In this document: piece by piece, positions 51,653 through 63,187 of the stretch
How the letters are laid out: each line of letters opens with the position of its first letter
How positions within the stretch are numbered: the first letter of the stretch is position 1
Assembly (NCBI GenBank): GCA_963717525.1
Contig: OY970343.1
Coordinates: 128,001 to 192,000, forward strand
Length of the DNA stretch: 64,000 nt
Direction of reading: 5' to 3'
Source: an uncultured Methanoregulaceae archaeon
GTDB lineage: Archaea > Halobacteriota > Methanomicrobia > Methanomicrobiales > Methanospirillaceae
Made by a program: the position numbers and the translations under genes
The notes under the pieces: model-generated
Database searches by the model: none
Seen by the model: the letters and a program-made list of their open reading frames with translations, nothing else
Told to the model about the DNA's origin: nothing

Positions 51653-52546
51653 ATGGAAAAGAAACCTGCCGGCACCCTGCCGGAGAAACCTACCAAAGAA
51701 TCCTGCTCCCACGAATGCTCCAGCTGTGCAACGGCGGGAACCTGTTCTGACGTGAAAGCCGGCCTCCCGCCCAAGGCGGACATTGACGTAAAGCACGTTA
51801 TTTTAGTCCTCTCGGGAAAAGGGGGGGTGGGAAAATCGACCGTATCCGTGAACCTTGCGTACGCGCTCTCCAGCCACGGCTACAAAGTCGGGCTCCTGGA
51901 CCTTGATATGCATGGTCCCAACATTCCCAAGATGCTCGGGATCGAGGATCACAAGCTCTCCACGATCGGGAACATGATAGAACCGGTCCATGTCACCGGG
52001 GCGCTCTCGGTGATATCCATGGCCTTCCTCCTGCCCGACACGAGCACGCCGATCATCTGGCGTGGACCCATGAAGATGGCAGCGATCAACCAGTTCCTCA
52101 CCGAAGTCAACTGGGGATCCCTGGACTATCTTGTCGTGGATCTCCCCCCGGGTACCGGTGACGAGGCACTCACGATTGCACAACTCGCACCCAATGTGCG
52201 TGGTGCCGTTATCGTAACTACTCCCCAGGATGTTGCCACGCTGGACTCGAAAAAGGCCATAAAATTTGTGGAAAAACTCGGCCTGCCGGTCCTCGGCGTC
52301 ATCGAGAACATGAGCGGGATGATCTGCCCCCACTGCGGACAGGAGATCGATCTTTTCGGCAAAGGCGGAGGCAGAAAGATTGCTGATGAGCTCTCGGTAC
52401 CGTTCCTTGGAGCCATTCCCATCGATATAGATATGCGCAAGGCCGGCGATGAAGGCCGCCCGTTCATCATCCGGCGGGGTGACAGTCCAACATGGGCGAG
52501 CGTGGACAAAATCATGGAAGAGCTCATAAAAGTCGTCGAGGGATAA
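51653..52546 (+). CDS. mrp: Mrp/NBP35 (ApbC) Fe-S carrier ATPase
   Basis: SGKGGVGKST, WRGP, DLPPGTGD, ENMS..CPHC. Confidence 0.93.
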   Translation: MEKKPAGTLPEKPTKESCSHECSSCATAGTCSDVKAGLPPKADIDVKHVILVLSGKGGVGKSTVSVNLAYALSSHGYKVGLLDLDMHGPNIPKMLGIEDHKLSTIGNMIEPVHVTGALSVISMAFLLPDTSTPIIWRGPMKMAAINQFLTEVNWGSLDYLVVDLPPGTGDEALTIAQLAPNVRGAVIVTTPQDVATLDSKKAIKFVEKLGLPVLGVIENMSGMICPHCGQEIDLFGKGGGRKIADELSVPFLGAIPIDIDMRKAGDEGRPFIIRRGDSPTWASVDKIMEELIKVVEG

Positions 52547-52552
52547 GCCGGT

Positions 52553-52861
52553 ATGGACTACCTGCGGATCCTCTCCGGAAAAGCCGCACCTCTCCCCATC
52601 TATGAGCCGGTCATCGCCTGCCTGGAAAACCCCCAGGCATTTCCCGATCTTCTGGAACCCGTATACCGGCAGGCGATGAAACTCGACGATGAAACGCTCG
52701 ACCAGTTCCGTTTTGCGCTCCTTCGCCTCCAGCTCTATGCGGACATCCACAGGAACGAGGATCTGGAGAAAGCCATGCATATCCGTTACGTATCGCAGGT
52801 GCTTGAGAAGGTCATCTTCGGTACCCTGGTCATGGAACCGCAGGAACCCGAAGCCTCCTGA
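52553..52861 (+). CDS. Conserved hypothetical protein
   Basis: Operonic spacing after mrp; FRFALLRLQLYADIHR..RYVSQVLEKVIFG. Confidence 0.65.
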   Translation: MDYLRILSGKAAPLPIYEPVIACLENPQAFPDLLEPVYRQAMKLDDETLDQFRFALLRLQLYADIHRNEDLEKAMHIRYVSQVLEKVIFGTLVMEPQEPEAS

Positions 52862-52990
52862 TCATTTCCCGTACCACAAAGCTCTTATCGGCGTGAATGT
52901 GTACGGATGATACCTATAAGTGCCCCTCCGGCACATGTATAATCCAGCAAACAACAGAACCCTACAATCTTCTTTCTTCTTTCAGGTTGA

Positions 52991-53479
52991 ATGCGCGAAG
53001 AGAACAAAAACGAAAAGATACCCATGACATCACGCATGCATGCCCCCCACACCACCTGCCCGGGCTGTCAGGAAGAGGTTTTTCTTGATGAGTTAGTGGG
53101 CGGCAAATGCCCGCTGTGCGGCTGTTCACTGGAAGAATTCGAAGAGTCCATCGGCGAGTACGAGGGCATTCTCGATCGCTCCGACCTTTCATGGCTGATT
53201 TTCAATTATTTTGTCTTCAAAAAATTCGTCGATCTGGGTGTTCCGCCCTCGCAGATCATGGATTTTATCTCCAGTTACGAGGAGAACGCAGAGAAACCCC
53301 GGGAAGAGTGGACCAAAACGGAGTTCTCCCTGGAACTCCCGATGGGGATACCCGACAGGATCCGACCCAAGCGGTGCGCAAAATGCAACCGGCTCTTTGT
53401 GAGGGGCGGACGAAAGCAGATTATTGGTGATATGCGCTCCACCTTAGTGCATATCCAGTATGTATGCAACCGCTGCTGA
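52991..53479 (+). CDS. Hypothetical zinc-ribbon protein
   Basis: CPGC, CPLC, CAKC and CNRC pairs. Confidence 0.65.
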   Translation: MREENKNEKIPMTSRMHAPHTTCPGCQEEVFLDELVGGKCPLCGCSLEEFEESIGEYEGILDRSDLSWLIFNYFVFKKFVDLGVPPSQIMDFISSYEENAEKPREEWTKTEFSLELPMGIPDRIRPKRCAKCNRLFVRGGRKQIIGDMRSTLVHIQYVCNRC

Positions 53480-53607
53480 TATCCCGCACCTCTTTTTTAT
53501 TTCATTCATCATCCGGTTTTATTCAGTGACCGGTGGTCTGGAAGTTCCCGCACGGGACGCATACGGGTTATAACAGGATATAATCCAGTATGGGGATATA
53601 CTAACGC

Positions 53608-54570
53608 TCATTTCCGCAACGAGACCAGCATGATGATCCCGATAATTGCAAGAGCGGCACCGCTGATGAGCAGGGGGAGGAGGACACCATAGGGAGTCAT
53701 CCCGGCCGGCAGCTCAGGCTGAGGGATAAACGTGGAGTTGCCCGCAATCAGGTATTCCCGAACCGTGAGTTGTGCGGATGCACTGCCTTGCGTGGTGTAT
53801 TTTTGCTCTCCAACCGTCACGTTATATATCCCCGCTGGCAGGCCGGGTTCCTCGAGCGAATAGGTCCACTGGTTGGAATTGGAGCCTTCCACCACCGGGA
53901 TGGTTTGTGAGGTTATCAGATCGCCGGATGTCGCATTTCTGACAGAAACCTGAAGCTGATCTTCGGGCCCGACGTTTGTGGTCCCGGTGATCAGCAGAGA
54001 CTCACCGGTTGTCTGGTCGGGCAGGTTACCGGCGTCGTTCACCCGATTGAAATGCACGGCCGGCTCCTCAACGTAAAAATAATATGGGGTAAAGATATCG
54101 TCAACGTCAGGCCGTACCGAAGCATTGAGAATGATGGCGGCTACCGGGCTGATGTCCACGGGAAAAGATGATATTGCGCCGATGTTGGCAATGACTTTTC
54201 CCCGATCGGTAATGCGCATGCTGCCATCGTTCCAGAGCAGCGGGCCGATCTCAAAACTCCTGTCCGAACCCGGATCCTGGATCAGGAATGCATACTCTCC
54301 CGCGGAAAACCGCGTCGTCTCTTCCGGTTTGATAATGAAGGTATAATTTCCCTTTTTATCCGGGGCGATCGTTTTTGTTGCAAAATAGTTCTGCCCGAGT
54401 ATCCAGAGGGTTATCGAACCATTCACTGCACCTGTACCCGAGAGAGTTACGGTATCCGCCTTCACAATAGTACCGGGACCACTGGTCACGGCAGTAAGCG
54501 CGGCAGATGCCGGCAGACCCAGCACTACCAACAGTACAAGCAGGGTTACGACCGTGGTTCCTGGTTTCAT
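53608..54570 (-). CDS. Secreted membrane-anchored protein
   Basis: MKPGTT.. signal peptide; ITGTTN; C-terminal TM plus RK. Confidence 0.7.
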   Translation of the reverse strand: MKPGTTVVTLLVLLVVLGLPASAALTAVTSGPGTIVKADTVTLSGTGAVNGSITLWILGQNYFATKTIAPDKKGNYTFIIKPEETTRFSAGEYAFLIQDPGSDRSFEIGPLLWNDGSMRITDRGKVIANIGAISSFPVDISPVAAIILNASVRPDVDDIFTPYYFYVEEPAVHFNRVNDAGNLPDQTTGESLLITGTTNVGPEDQLQVSVRNATSGDLITSQTIPVVEGSNSNQWTYSLEEPGLPAGIYNVTVGEQKYTTQGSASAQLTVREYLIAGNSTFIPQPELPAGMTPYGVLLPLLISGAALAIIGIIMLVSLRK

Positions 54571-54721
54571 ATATGCCTCTGGTACTTCCGGGATGTGCCA
54601 CCCGGTATTTTGATCGCTTGTGTAAATAGGGGAGTATTCTCTTTTAACATTAACGCCCGGAGCCCCTCTGAACGCTTCGGGAGTTTCCCTGTGATCCCTC
54701 GCCGAAAGGCGTAAAAATAGT

Positions 54722-56158
54722 TTAGTATGTCCTGCCAACAAGGGTTGCCTTGCCCGGCTTGTTACAGATAATGCAGGGTCCGTCTGTGGCTTCGATGTAG
54801 TCAGACCGTACCTCGGTTCCAAGAAGGCTCGAGTTCGCTTTCTCCTCGATGGCATCCCCGCACGCCCGATCCCGGCACCAGTGGACAACCGCAACTTTCC
54901 CGTCATTAAGGGCTGCGTTCAGGGCATCAACAGAATGTACCGTACAAAGGCGGGATTTCATGTGCTCCTCGGCTTTTGCCTGGATCTCCCCGGTAATATC
55001 TCCAAGTACCCGTATGACATCACCGGCCGCAGTTGCAAGGGATATCGCGGTCTTCTCCCTGGTTCGTTTGACTGCCATCGCTTTTCCGGCATCGAGATCC
55101 CGTGGCCCCAGCTCAAGCCTGAGCGGTACGCCCCGGAGTTCCCACCAGTAGTATTTTGCTCCGGGGCGCATGTCCCGGCTATCCATCATCACCCGGAAGC
55201 CAGCCGCCTCAAGGTCCGTTTTGAGTTTTTCTGCGGCTGCGAGTACGTCATCACGGCGTTTCCCGATGGTGATCGGAACAATAACAGCCTGGAATGTTGC
55301 GACAGCAGGAGGGAGGATCAGGCCCTTATCATCTCCATGAACGGAAATCAGCGCTGCGATACAGCGCTCCGAGATCCCGTAACAGGTCTGGTACGCAACT
55401 TTCTGCTCCCCGTTTTTATCCTCGTACAGGATTGCAAACGTGCGGGAGAAGTGGTCGCCGAGATGGTGGACGGTGCCGATCTGGAGGGTTTTACCGTTCG
55501 GCATGATCGTGTCAACCGCGATCGTATAATCAGCCCCGGGAAACTTGTCCCAGTCGGGGCGTTTCGAGATGATGATCGGGATGCAGAGGCTCCGGTAAAA
55601 TTCGCGGGTGAGCGCGATCTCGGATTCCACCTGTGCTTCGGCCTCGTCCCAGCTCGCGTGGACGGTGTGCGATTCCATGAACGAGGTGATCTCGCGGAGA
55701 CGGATCAGCGGCCGGGTCTGCTTGGTTTCGTACCGGAAGGTATTCACAACCTGGTAGATCTTTATGGGGAGATCGGCATGGGAACGTACCCAGAGGGCAA
55801 ACATCGGGTAGATTGCCGTTTCGCTTGTGGGCCGAAGCGCCAGTTTCACATCAAGCGGCGTCGTGCCCCCGTGGGTGACCCAGTAGACCTCGTTCTCGAA
55901 CCCCTTGATATGCTCGGCCTCTTTCATGAACTCCTGTTCCGGGATCAACAGGGGGAATAGTGTTTCCTTGTGATCCCGGTCGAGCAGTTCGCGCAGGAGC
56001 TGGTACACAAATTTGCGGATCGCAAACCCGTACGGGAACCAGACATAGAGCCCTTTTACCGGATAGCGGACGTCCATGATCTCCGCACGCCATAAAAGTT
56101 CGTTGTACCATTCGGAAAAATCCGCTTTTTTTGGCAGGGCGCCCGCATCCTCGTCCAT
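54722..56158 (-). CDS. proS: Prolyl-tRNA synthetase (archaeal type)
   Basis: FSEWY, LRPTSET, FRYETK, YGISER, C-terminal RTY. Confidence 0.96.
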   Translation of the reverse strand: MDEDAGALPKKADFSEWYNELLWRAEIMDVRYPVKGLYVWFPYGFAIRKFVYQLLRELLDRDHKETLFPLLIPEQEFMKEAEHIKGFENEVYWVTHGGTTPLDVKLALRPTSETAIYPMFALWVRSHADLPIKIYQVVNTFRYETKQTRPLIRLREITSFMESHTVHASWDEAEAQVESEIALTREFYRSLCIPIIISKRPDWDKFPGADYTIAVDTIMPNGKTLQIGTVHHLGDHFSRTFAILYEDKNGEQKVAYQTCYGISERCIAALISVHGDDKGLILPPAVATFQAVIVPITIGKRRDDVLAAAEKLKTDLEAAGFRVMMDSRDMRPGAKYYWWELRGVPLRLELGPRDLDAGKAMAVKRTREKTAISLATAAGDVIRVLGDITGEIQAKAEEHMKSRLCTVHSVDALNAALNDGKVAVVHWCRDRACGDAIEEKANSSLLGTEVRSDYIEATDGPCIICNKPGKATLVGRTY

Positions 56159-56167
56159 AAAAACCCC

Positions 56168-56761
56168 TTAAGCTACTATCTGTATGATTGCCGGCGTAAT
56201 AAATGACTCGACCACTGCTGCGACGGCGATCAGGGGAAGCACGTACAGGAGAAAGAGCCGGGCCAGGCGCCCCGCATCGGCCGCGGTATCAGCTGCCCCG
56301 TACCATTCTGCGATCAGTGACTGCGCCATGCAGAACCCGAGCGCAGAGGCGATAATGAAGGCAGGTACTTCAAAGATCCCGTGGGGGACAATGGCGGCGG
56401 CAATAAAAAGTGCGGAATGTCCCTTGCTGATGATCTCGGTGACCGCACCGATCACAATCCCGTTCAGGCTCAGGATAACCAGCGTCAGTATGCCAAAGGT
56501 GGCCCCCCCGAGGAAGAGCAGGATACAGGCTTCAAGGTTGTTTGCGAAGATCTTCAGGCACATATCAACAGGATTTTGAATGGTGATCTGTCCGGCGATC
56601 TCTTTCTGGAACAGGGAGAGCAACTCGTTACCGATCGCGGGATTGTGTACCGTCCCGATCCACCCTACGATCATGGAGATGATAAAAAGGAGGATCGTGA
56701 CCGTGGTGGTCGTGCCAAGCAGGGAACGCTCAGAAAGTGGCGATACACCCGGATCAGACAT
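56168..56761 (-). CDS. Stage II sporulation protein M family membrane protein
   Basis: IFANN, LNG..IG, PHGIFE, AAVVESFITP. Confidence 0.88.
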   Translation of the reverse strand: MSDPGVSPLSERSLLGTTTTVTILLFIISMIVGWIGTVHNPAIGNELLSLFQKEIAGQITIQNPVDMCLKIFANNLEACILLFLGGATFGILTLVILSLNGIVIGAVTEIISKGHSALFIAAAIVPHGIFEVPAFIIASALGFCMAQSLIAEWYGAADTAADAGRLARLFLLYVLPLIAVAAVVESFITPAIIQIVA

Positions 56762-57620
56762 AAAGGACCATCCGGATCATGTCGCGCACACCCGGGGCAA
56801 GGCCGACCACGATCATCGCCAGAAGCACCAGGTGCCAGAAGGCCGGGTTGGCCTCCTTGCGGTAGAGCTGCATGATATAGATGGCCGGGAAGAGGATGAC
56901 CAGCTTGAGCGGGTACATGACAAATGCGGTACCGGTCATCGCGATCAGGTTTGACCCTACCACGTGCTGCTCTATGTAATGAACGGCAGGGTGAAAGGTA
57001 AGCCCGTAACTGGTGGCACTGGCGTCCAGCATCTGCCCGAAGATGAGCGCAATATAGAGCGGATCCCGCACATATTCCCAGGAGAGGACATACCTCATGC
57101 AGCCCCAGACCAGCACCGAAGCAGTGACCGCCATGAGCAGGATCACCGCAAGGATGAAGAGATCGACATGGCCGTGGGCCATCCCCCAGGAAAGCAGGAT
57201 AAGCGAAACGACAAAGACCGCCATGCAGCCGATGAATGCATAGAATGACAGGAAGTCTTTTATAAGCCCATTTTTCTTCAGGGTGCCCCCGATAAAGATC
57301 ATCCCGAGCGTAAAGAAGAACAGTACGAAATAGATGGGAGGGGTGACAATCAGGTACTGCCAGTCGCCTGTCACCATGCCGGCATCCTGGATCACCCGGA
57401 GCACGCCGCCGAGCACTACGTAAGGCAGCGTGGCAAGAAGAAACGAGGAATCAAGTTTTATCCCGTGCTCTGAAAGCCATGTAGAATTCGAGAACCACCG
57501 GTATAACAAATAAACGCCGATAATGAGAATGACCGCATAGGTGAGTGTCTCGACAATATTGTAGGGCTCGCCATACTTCACGGGATCGATGTAGTATTTG
57601 TATATGAAATCACTAATCAT
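56754..57620 (-). CDS. DUF63 family membrane protein
   Basis: YNIVETLTY, GGVLRV..D, QMLDASAT, EQH, GLAPGVRD. Confidence 0.85.
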   Translation of the reverse strand: MISDFIYKYYIDPVKYGEPYNIVETLTYAVILIIGVYLLYRWFSNSTWLSEHGIKLDSSFLLATLPYVVLGGVLRVIQDAGMVTGDWQYLIVTPPIYFVLFFFTLGMIFIGGTLKKNGLIKDFLSFYAFIGCMAVFVVSLILLSWGMAHGHVDLFILAVILLMAVTASVLVWGCMRYVLSWEYVRDPLYIALIFGQMLDASATSYGLTFHPAVHYIEQHVVGSNLIAMTGTAFVMYPLKLVILFPAIYIMQLYRKEANPAFWHLVLLAMIVVGLAPGVRDMIRMVLYV

Positions 57621-57631
57621 TCATAATCCGG

Positions 57632-58711
57632 ATGAGCCCAAATACTATAAAATTACTTAAAGAGAAGGTCTTTGACAAGTCCAAATGGATGCAGTTACCC
57701 CGGGATGTGGTGATCGGCCACGATGTCCTTGGCCAGATTATACCGGTCTGCACAGATCTCAAAATGGGCAGGTCAGCCCTCCTGATCTCTGGTAAAAATA
57801 CGATGGAGCGTGCCGGAAAAACCGTCCGGGACCTGCTCCTTCAATCGGGAACTGTGAATGTTTTTATTGCAGAGGAGATCAGCCCGGAGATCATTGCGAA
57901 AGCGGAGCGGATCGCAGAGGGAATGGACTTTGTGGTCGGTGTCGGCGGAGGGCGTGTGATCGATACGGCAAAGATTGTGTCATACAACGTCGACCGCCAG
58001 TTTATTTCTGTACCGACCGCTGCATCCCATGATGGCATCGCGTCGGCCCGGGCGTCAGTTCCCACAGGGGAGGGTAATGTCTCGCTTGAAGCACATCCGC
58101 CATCAGCTATTATTGCGGACACAGGCATCATCGCATCCGCGCCACACCGGCTTCTTGCCGCAGGCTGTGCAGATGTGATCTCCAATTATACAGCGATCCT
58201 TGACTGGGAGATGGCCCACCGGATCAAGGGCGAACCCATGAGTGAATACGCGGTTGCGCTTTCGAAGATGACCGCTGAAATCCTTGTCAGGAATGCCGAT
58301 CTCATAAAACCGAACCAGGAACAGTCGGCATGGTTTGTGACAAAAGCGCTTGTATCGAGCGGTGTCGCAATGAGCATCGCGGGTTCGTCGCGGCCTGCAA
58401 GCGGCGGGGAGCACAAGTTCTCCCATGCCATTGACCGGCTTGCCCCGGGGAAAGCGCTGCATGGGGAGAGCTGTGGGATCGGTACGATCATCTCGATGTA
58501 CCTCCATGGCGGCGACTGGCGGGGGATCCGTGAATCGCTCCGGACGATTGGTGCCCCGGTGACACCGGCGGATGTGGGCATCCCTGACGAGATCGCGGTT
58601 GAGGCGCTTTTGATGGCAAAGACTATCCGCCCGGAACGCTTTACCATCTTTGATATGGGCATCACAAAAGAATCTGCAGAAAAGCTCGTCCAGATGCTCT
58701 ACGTGGAATGA
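57632..58711 (+). CDS. egsA: Glycerol-1-phosphate dehydrogenase
   Basis: GGGRVID, PTAASHDG, SSRPASGGEHKFSH, HGE. Confidence 0.95.
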   Translation: MSPNTIKLLKEKVFDKSKWMQLPRDVVIGHDVLGQIIPVCTDLKMGRSALLISGKNTMERAGKTVRDLLLQSGTVNVFIAEEISPEIIAKAERIAEGMDFVVGVGGGRVIDTAKIVSYNVDRQFISVPTAASHDGIASARASVPTGEGNVSLEAHPPSAIIADTGIIASAPHRLLAAGCADVISNYTAILDWEMAHRIKGEPMSEYAVALSKMTAEILVRNADLIKPNQEQSAWFVTKALVSSGVAMSIAGSSRPASGGEHKFSHAIDRLAPGKALHGESCGIGTIISMYLHGGDWRGIRESLRTIGAPVTPADVGIPDEIAVEALLMAKTIRPERFTIFDMGITKESAEKLVQMLYVE

Positions 58712-58748
58712 TCCAGAATAATCACATGAAACGTGCAGGAATGGAGCC

Positions 58749-59195
58749 ATGGCTGAGACAAAAACCAAAGTGACCCTCGTGGGAACGGTGCTTGCAAAAC
58801 CCGGCATCGAGTTCGTCTATGAAGGAGAATCCCCCGGGTGCGAAACATGCAAGGTCAAAAAAGCGTGCAACAATCTGAACAGGGGCCACCGGTACCGGAT
58901 CGTTACGGTCCGAAGCACACACCACGAATGTGCGGTTCACCTCAATGGGGCGACGGCAGTCGAGGTAATGGAGGCACCGGTAACCATGCTCATTTCTGCC
59001 GACATGGCGATGGTTAACTCGAAGATAAAAGTGGAATTCTCCTGCAACAAGACGGACTGCAGGAGTTATCCTCTCTGCCGACCGGACGGTGTGGTCGAGG
59101 GAGAAAAATATGTCATCGCCGATGTGCTGGGCAATGCGTCCGATATCTGCGGTAAAGGCCGTGCACTGAAGCTTGTCGAGATCAGACCCGCGTAA
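58749..59195 (+). CDS. UPF0179 family protein
   Basis: VTLVG..LAKPG.EF, C..C...C.NL..G.RY; adjacent to egsA. Confidence 0.85.
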   Translation: MAETKTKVTLVGTVLAKPGIEFVYEGESPGCETCKVKKACNNLNRGHRYRIVTVRSTHHECAVHLNGATAVEVMEAPVTMLISADMAMVNSKIKVEFSCNKTDCRSYPLCRPDGVVEGEKYVIADVLGNASDICGKGRALKLVEIRPA

Positions 59196-59238
59196 GTGAT
59201 CGGCCGGATTTTCCCGTCAGCTATACGCCTGTTTTTTA

Positions 59239-60180
59239 TCAAGCCGCACATCCCAGAGTGCATCCGCAAGCCGGAGAAGATCCTCCCTGTCTTCGAGTAC
59301 CTGTAGTCCACCGCTCCGGGGCGGTATCGATCCCCCAGCACGATCCTGCAAGCGCACCGCAGCACGCCCCGACCGTGTCCGCATCCCCCCCAAGATTTAC
59401 TGCCGAAAGGAGTGCATTTTCAAACGTGCGGGCGGTCATGAAACAATAAAGGGCCGCATGCGAACACTGCACCGCATCAAGCGAGGGAACGGGCCTGTAC
59501 CGTTCATAACTCCCCAGCACCGCGAGCACCTCTACGTCCTGACACCGCGAGCGGGCATGTACGAATGCCCGTTTCCTTGTGGCACCCCGGCACAGGTCGG
59601 CTGCCATCATGGTCATCCACGCGGAGCAATGGGCGGCGACCGTATCGTAATGGGTGAGCCGGGAACATTCCATGCTGATCCCGTAGGCTATATCAGCTGG
59701 ATAATAAATGCCAATGGGGAAGCCCCGCATCACGCTCCCATTCGTCCGGCTTCCGTGATGGCGCCGGTGAACGAGCCATGCAGCCCGGTGCGGTGGGGTG
59801 CCGGAACTGATCAGGCTGAAGAATGCAGAAGATGTCGGGCCGTACCATTCCGGCCGCTCCCGGTACCCGGAAAGAAATCTCGTTACGATGTCGGATGGCT
59901 GAAAACCCCTGCATGCAAGAAGGGATTCTGCGACCGCACGTGCCTGCAGGGTATCATCCGTGTACTGGCCGGCCTTCCGGAAATGGCGCCCTCCGGGCCG
60001 CATATTTGTCACCCAGACTTCAGGCTGGGGAGATCCTTCCAAGGGCGCACCCAACGCGTCCCCAATTGCGAGTCCAGCAAGCAATCCCCTTGGGTGAATG
60101 TATTCTCTTATAAATCTCACCAAAAAGGTATATCTGTCGTACAGAAAAATTAACTTTTCAGAGAAGGCGATAGTGTGCAA
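59239..60180 (-). CDS. ADP-ribosylglycohydrolase family protein (start and extreme C terminus uncertain)
   Basis: GLAIGDALGAPLE, YTDDT, NGSVMR, TH, GGDADTVG. Confidence 0.88.
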   Translation of the reverse strand: MHTIAFSEKLIFLYDRYTFLVRFIREYIHPRGLLAGLAIGDALGAPLEGSPQPEVWVTNMRPGGRHFRKAGQYTDDTLQARAVAESLLACRGFQPSDIVTRFLSGYRERPEWYGPTSSAFFSLISSGTPPHRAAWLVHRRHHGSRTNGSVMRGFPIGIYYPADIAYGISMECSRLTHYDTVAAHCSAWMTMMAADLCRGATRKRAFVHARSRCQDVEVLAVLGSYERYRPVPSLDAVQCSHAALYCFMTARTFENALLSAVNLGGDADTVGACCGALAGSCWGIDTAPERWTTGTRRQGGSSPACGCTLGCAA

Positions 60181-60453
60181 AAAGAAGAGTTACTGCATCT
60201 CCATATGCTGATGGTACACATCAGGAAGTATTACGAGAACACCACGAACGAAGAAATAGAAACCGAACGCTATGATGCGCTCGAAATATCGCCAGTCCAT
60301 ATTCACAAAGATAAAAAAGCCCATAAAGATGCTCTTCTCACCCTGGGTGAAGAGGTCGTGACCCATATAAGCGGACACCACCGCGTTCATGTGGTGAACT
60401 ATTCTCCTGAGACTGCAACTGCCCCTACTCAGCAAGTCGCAGTCGAACATTAA
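60175..60453 (+). CDS. UPF0058 family protein
   Basis: KEELLHLH..Y..ISPVHIHK.K..HK. Confidence 0.85.
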   Translation: MQKEELLHLHMLMVHIRKYYENTTNEEIETERYDALEISPVHIHKDKKAHKDALLTLGEEVVTHISGHHRVHVVNYSPETATAPTQQVAVEH

Positions 60454-60456
60454 GTC

Positions 60457-62038
60457 ATGGATGAGGCTCTTGCAATCCGGGAGATCATCTCCCGCATCCT
60501 CTCCCTGCCGCCCGGTAACAGCGGGATTGCAGCAGTAAAGGTTGAGATCTGCCGGAGGTACCGGCTGGGTGCTGTTCCCAAGAATTCAGCGATACTTGCC
60601 GCTGCCACCCCGGAAGAACGGGAATCCCTGCGCCGTGCCCTGCTGGTCAAGCCCACCCGTACTCTTTCTGGTGTCGCGCCGGTCGCGGTCATGACCTCGC
60701 CCTATCCATGCCCGCACGGCAAGTGCCTGCCCTGCCCGGGCGGGCCTTCCCACCCGTTCAGCTCGCCGCAGAGTTACACAGGTGAGGAACCGGCGGCAAA
60801 GCGGGCCCGGGAGCATGGCTACGATCCATTCGCCCAGGTCCACGCCCGGCTCGGGCAGTTCGAGACGCTGGGGCACCGGGTCGAGAAGGTGGAACTGATC
60901 GTGATGGGCGGAACGATGACTGCCCGCCCGATCGAGTACCAGTATGAGTTTGTTGCCCGGTGCATTGAAGCGATGAATGTGTACCCGGAAGATACACCGG
61001 CAGCAGCAGTGCCTTCCGTTGAGGCGGTCGAAGCCGCAAATGAAACTGCGGATGTCCGGTGCGTCGGGATCACGTTTGAGACGCGCCCGGACTGGTGCAG
61101 GAAAGAGCACATCGACCGGATGCTCGATCTCAGGTGTCACCAAGGTGGAGCTGGGCGTCCAGCACCTTGACGATGCGATCCTTGCCTTTAATCGCCGGGG
61201 GTGCACCGTTGCAGATACTGTCGAGGCAAACCGGCTCCTGCGGGACGCCGGGATCAAGGTCGGGTTCCACATGATGCCCAACCTGCCGCATTCGACTATC
61301 GCAGCGGATAAGGAGATGTTTGAAACCCTCTTTTCCGATCCCCGGTTCAAACCGGATTTTTTAAAGATCTACCCGACGCTTGTCACCCCGGGCTCCGAGA
61401 TCGAGGAACTCTGGGAACTCAGGAGGTATGCTCCGTACGATGAGGAGGATCTCATCGATCTTATAGCGTACGTAAAAACACTTATACCGGAGTACACGCG
61501 GCTCTCGCGGGTGCAGCGCGACATCCCGGCCAAACTGATCGTGGCCGGGTCCCGGCATTCCAACTTCCGGCAGCTGGCCCAGAACCGGCTTGCCGCGCAG
61601 GGCCGGCACTGCCGATGCATCCGGTGCCGGGAGATTGGCCGGCTCCCCTCGGCAATCGAAGCGGAGATGCGGGTGACCACGTACGAGTGCTGCGGCGGCA
61701 TGGAACATTTCATATCCGCAGTCTCGGGAGACTCGCTGATCGGGTTTGCCCGGCTCCGGTTCCCCTCGTCCGAATTCCGTCCCGAGATATCCGGTGCCGC
61801 CCTTCTTCGCGAGCTCCATGTCTACGGGAGCCTTGTCCCGGTGGGTCTTGATGCTGCACAGCAGGAGGAGTGGCAGCACCGGAATTTCGGGAAAATACTC
61901 CTCTCACGTGCCGAGGAGATCGCAAAAGCATCAGGGTTCAGGCGCATGGCGATCATGAGCGGCATCGGTGTCCGCCCCTACTACCGGAGACAGGGATATG
62001 AGCGCAGGGGCCCCTATATGGTAAAGGAGATGCCATGA
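60457..62038 (+). CDS. elp3: Elp3 tRNA uridine(34) acetyltransferase, radical SAM (frameshift near 61130)
   Basis: RTLSGVAPV, CPHGKCLPCPGG, ETRPD, then VELGVQ, KIYPT, RELHVYG, GIGVRPYY. Confidence 0.93.
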
Positions 62039-63160
62039 ACCCGGCAACCACGGAGTTTGTACGGCAGCGGTTTACGGACTATTACCGGAAGGCATTGCTT
62101 GTCTCCCCGTCATCGCTTGCGCAGCGGGAATGGGGTTTTGTCCTTTTTAACCCGGGAGCTGCCGAGATGAGGATGCGCCGGCATATCGCATTCTCCGAAC
62201 GCGCGGAGCTCTTCGATTACATCAAAAATCTCGTCCCCTCGCATATCTATTACTCGAGCGCATACTACGAGAAACCGGATGCACCCACCATGGCTGAAAA
62301 GGGCTGGTGCGGCGCCGATCTGATCTTCGATCTCGACGCGGATCATATCGTCAAAGGGCCTTACGACCAGATGCTCTCCCGAGTCAAGATCGAGACAGAG
62401 AAACTGCTTGCCATGCTCACCGAAGAACTGGGGATCGATCCAAAACAGATTGAGCTGGTCTTTTCCGGTGGGCGTGGATACCATGTGCATGTACGGGATC
62501 TCGCTTTCCGCGGGTGGGGGAGCGCTGAGCGGCGGGAACTGATCGATTACATCTGCGGCATCGGGATCGATCCCGCCGTATTGCTGAACGGATCATCATC
62601 GCCCGGGTGGCCTGCCAGGTTCCGCAGCGCGCTGACCGGGTATATGACATGGCTGGGGAGCCTTAGCGAGGAAGAGGCAATGACCTATCTTACTTCCCTT
62701 GAGGGGGTGGGAAAAGAATCGGCGGCCGGGTTTTTGAAAAAGCGCGAGGAGATGATCGCCGGCCTCCACGGGGAGGTTGACCCGACTTTGCTCAAGGACC
62801 GGGTCATAAAGGCGGTGGTGAACGAGACCCAAGGCGAGTTCCGGAAGCGGCTCAATGAAGAGGCTGCGCTTGCAGATGAGCCGGTCACTACGGACATCAA
62901 GCGCCTGATCCGGATGCCAACATCCCTCCATGGCGGCAGTGGGATGCGGGTGCAGTCACTTGAGATGCGGGATCTTCCCGGTTTTGACCCGCTGGTGGAT
63001 GCTGTGGTCTTTTCATCCCGTGATGTGCGGGTGGACGCCCGGTTCCCGCTTGCCATGCCAATGCTGGGAAGCACTTATCAGATCCAAAAAGGGATCTCTA
63101 CAGTACCCTGAGGCCGTGGCAGTCTTCCTCTGCTGCCGCGGCATCGCGGAAATTGTATAA
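62035..63160 (+). CDS. priS: DNA primase small subunit (apparent frameshift near 63105)
   Basis: REWGF, DLIFDLDAD, FSGGRGYHVH, DEPVTTDIKRLIR; tail PEAVAVFLCCRG in another frame. Confidence 0.93.
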
Positions 63161-63187
63161 AACTATCCCTTACCTCGAGTGCCTGCC

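Noticed and set aside
3224..63160. Many 1-nt frameshifts (hybrid kinase, acs, surface proteins, integrase, cysS twice, moaE, elp3, priS) as programmed frameshifting or pseudogenes
   Set aside because: They hit housekeeping genes, share no slippery motif, and each is fixed by one base; sequencing indels are the simplest explanation (check by read polishing).
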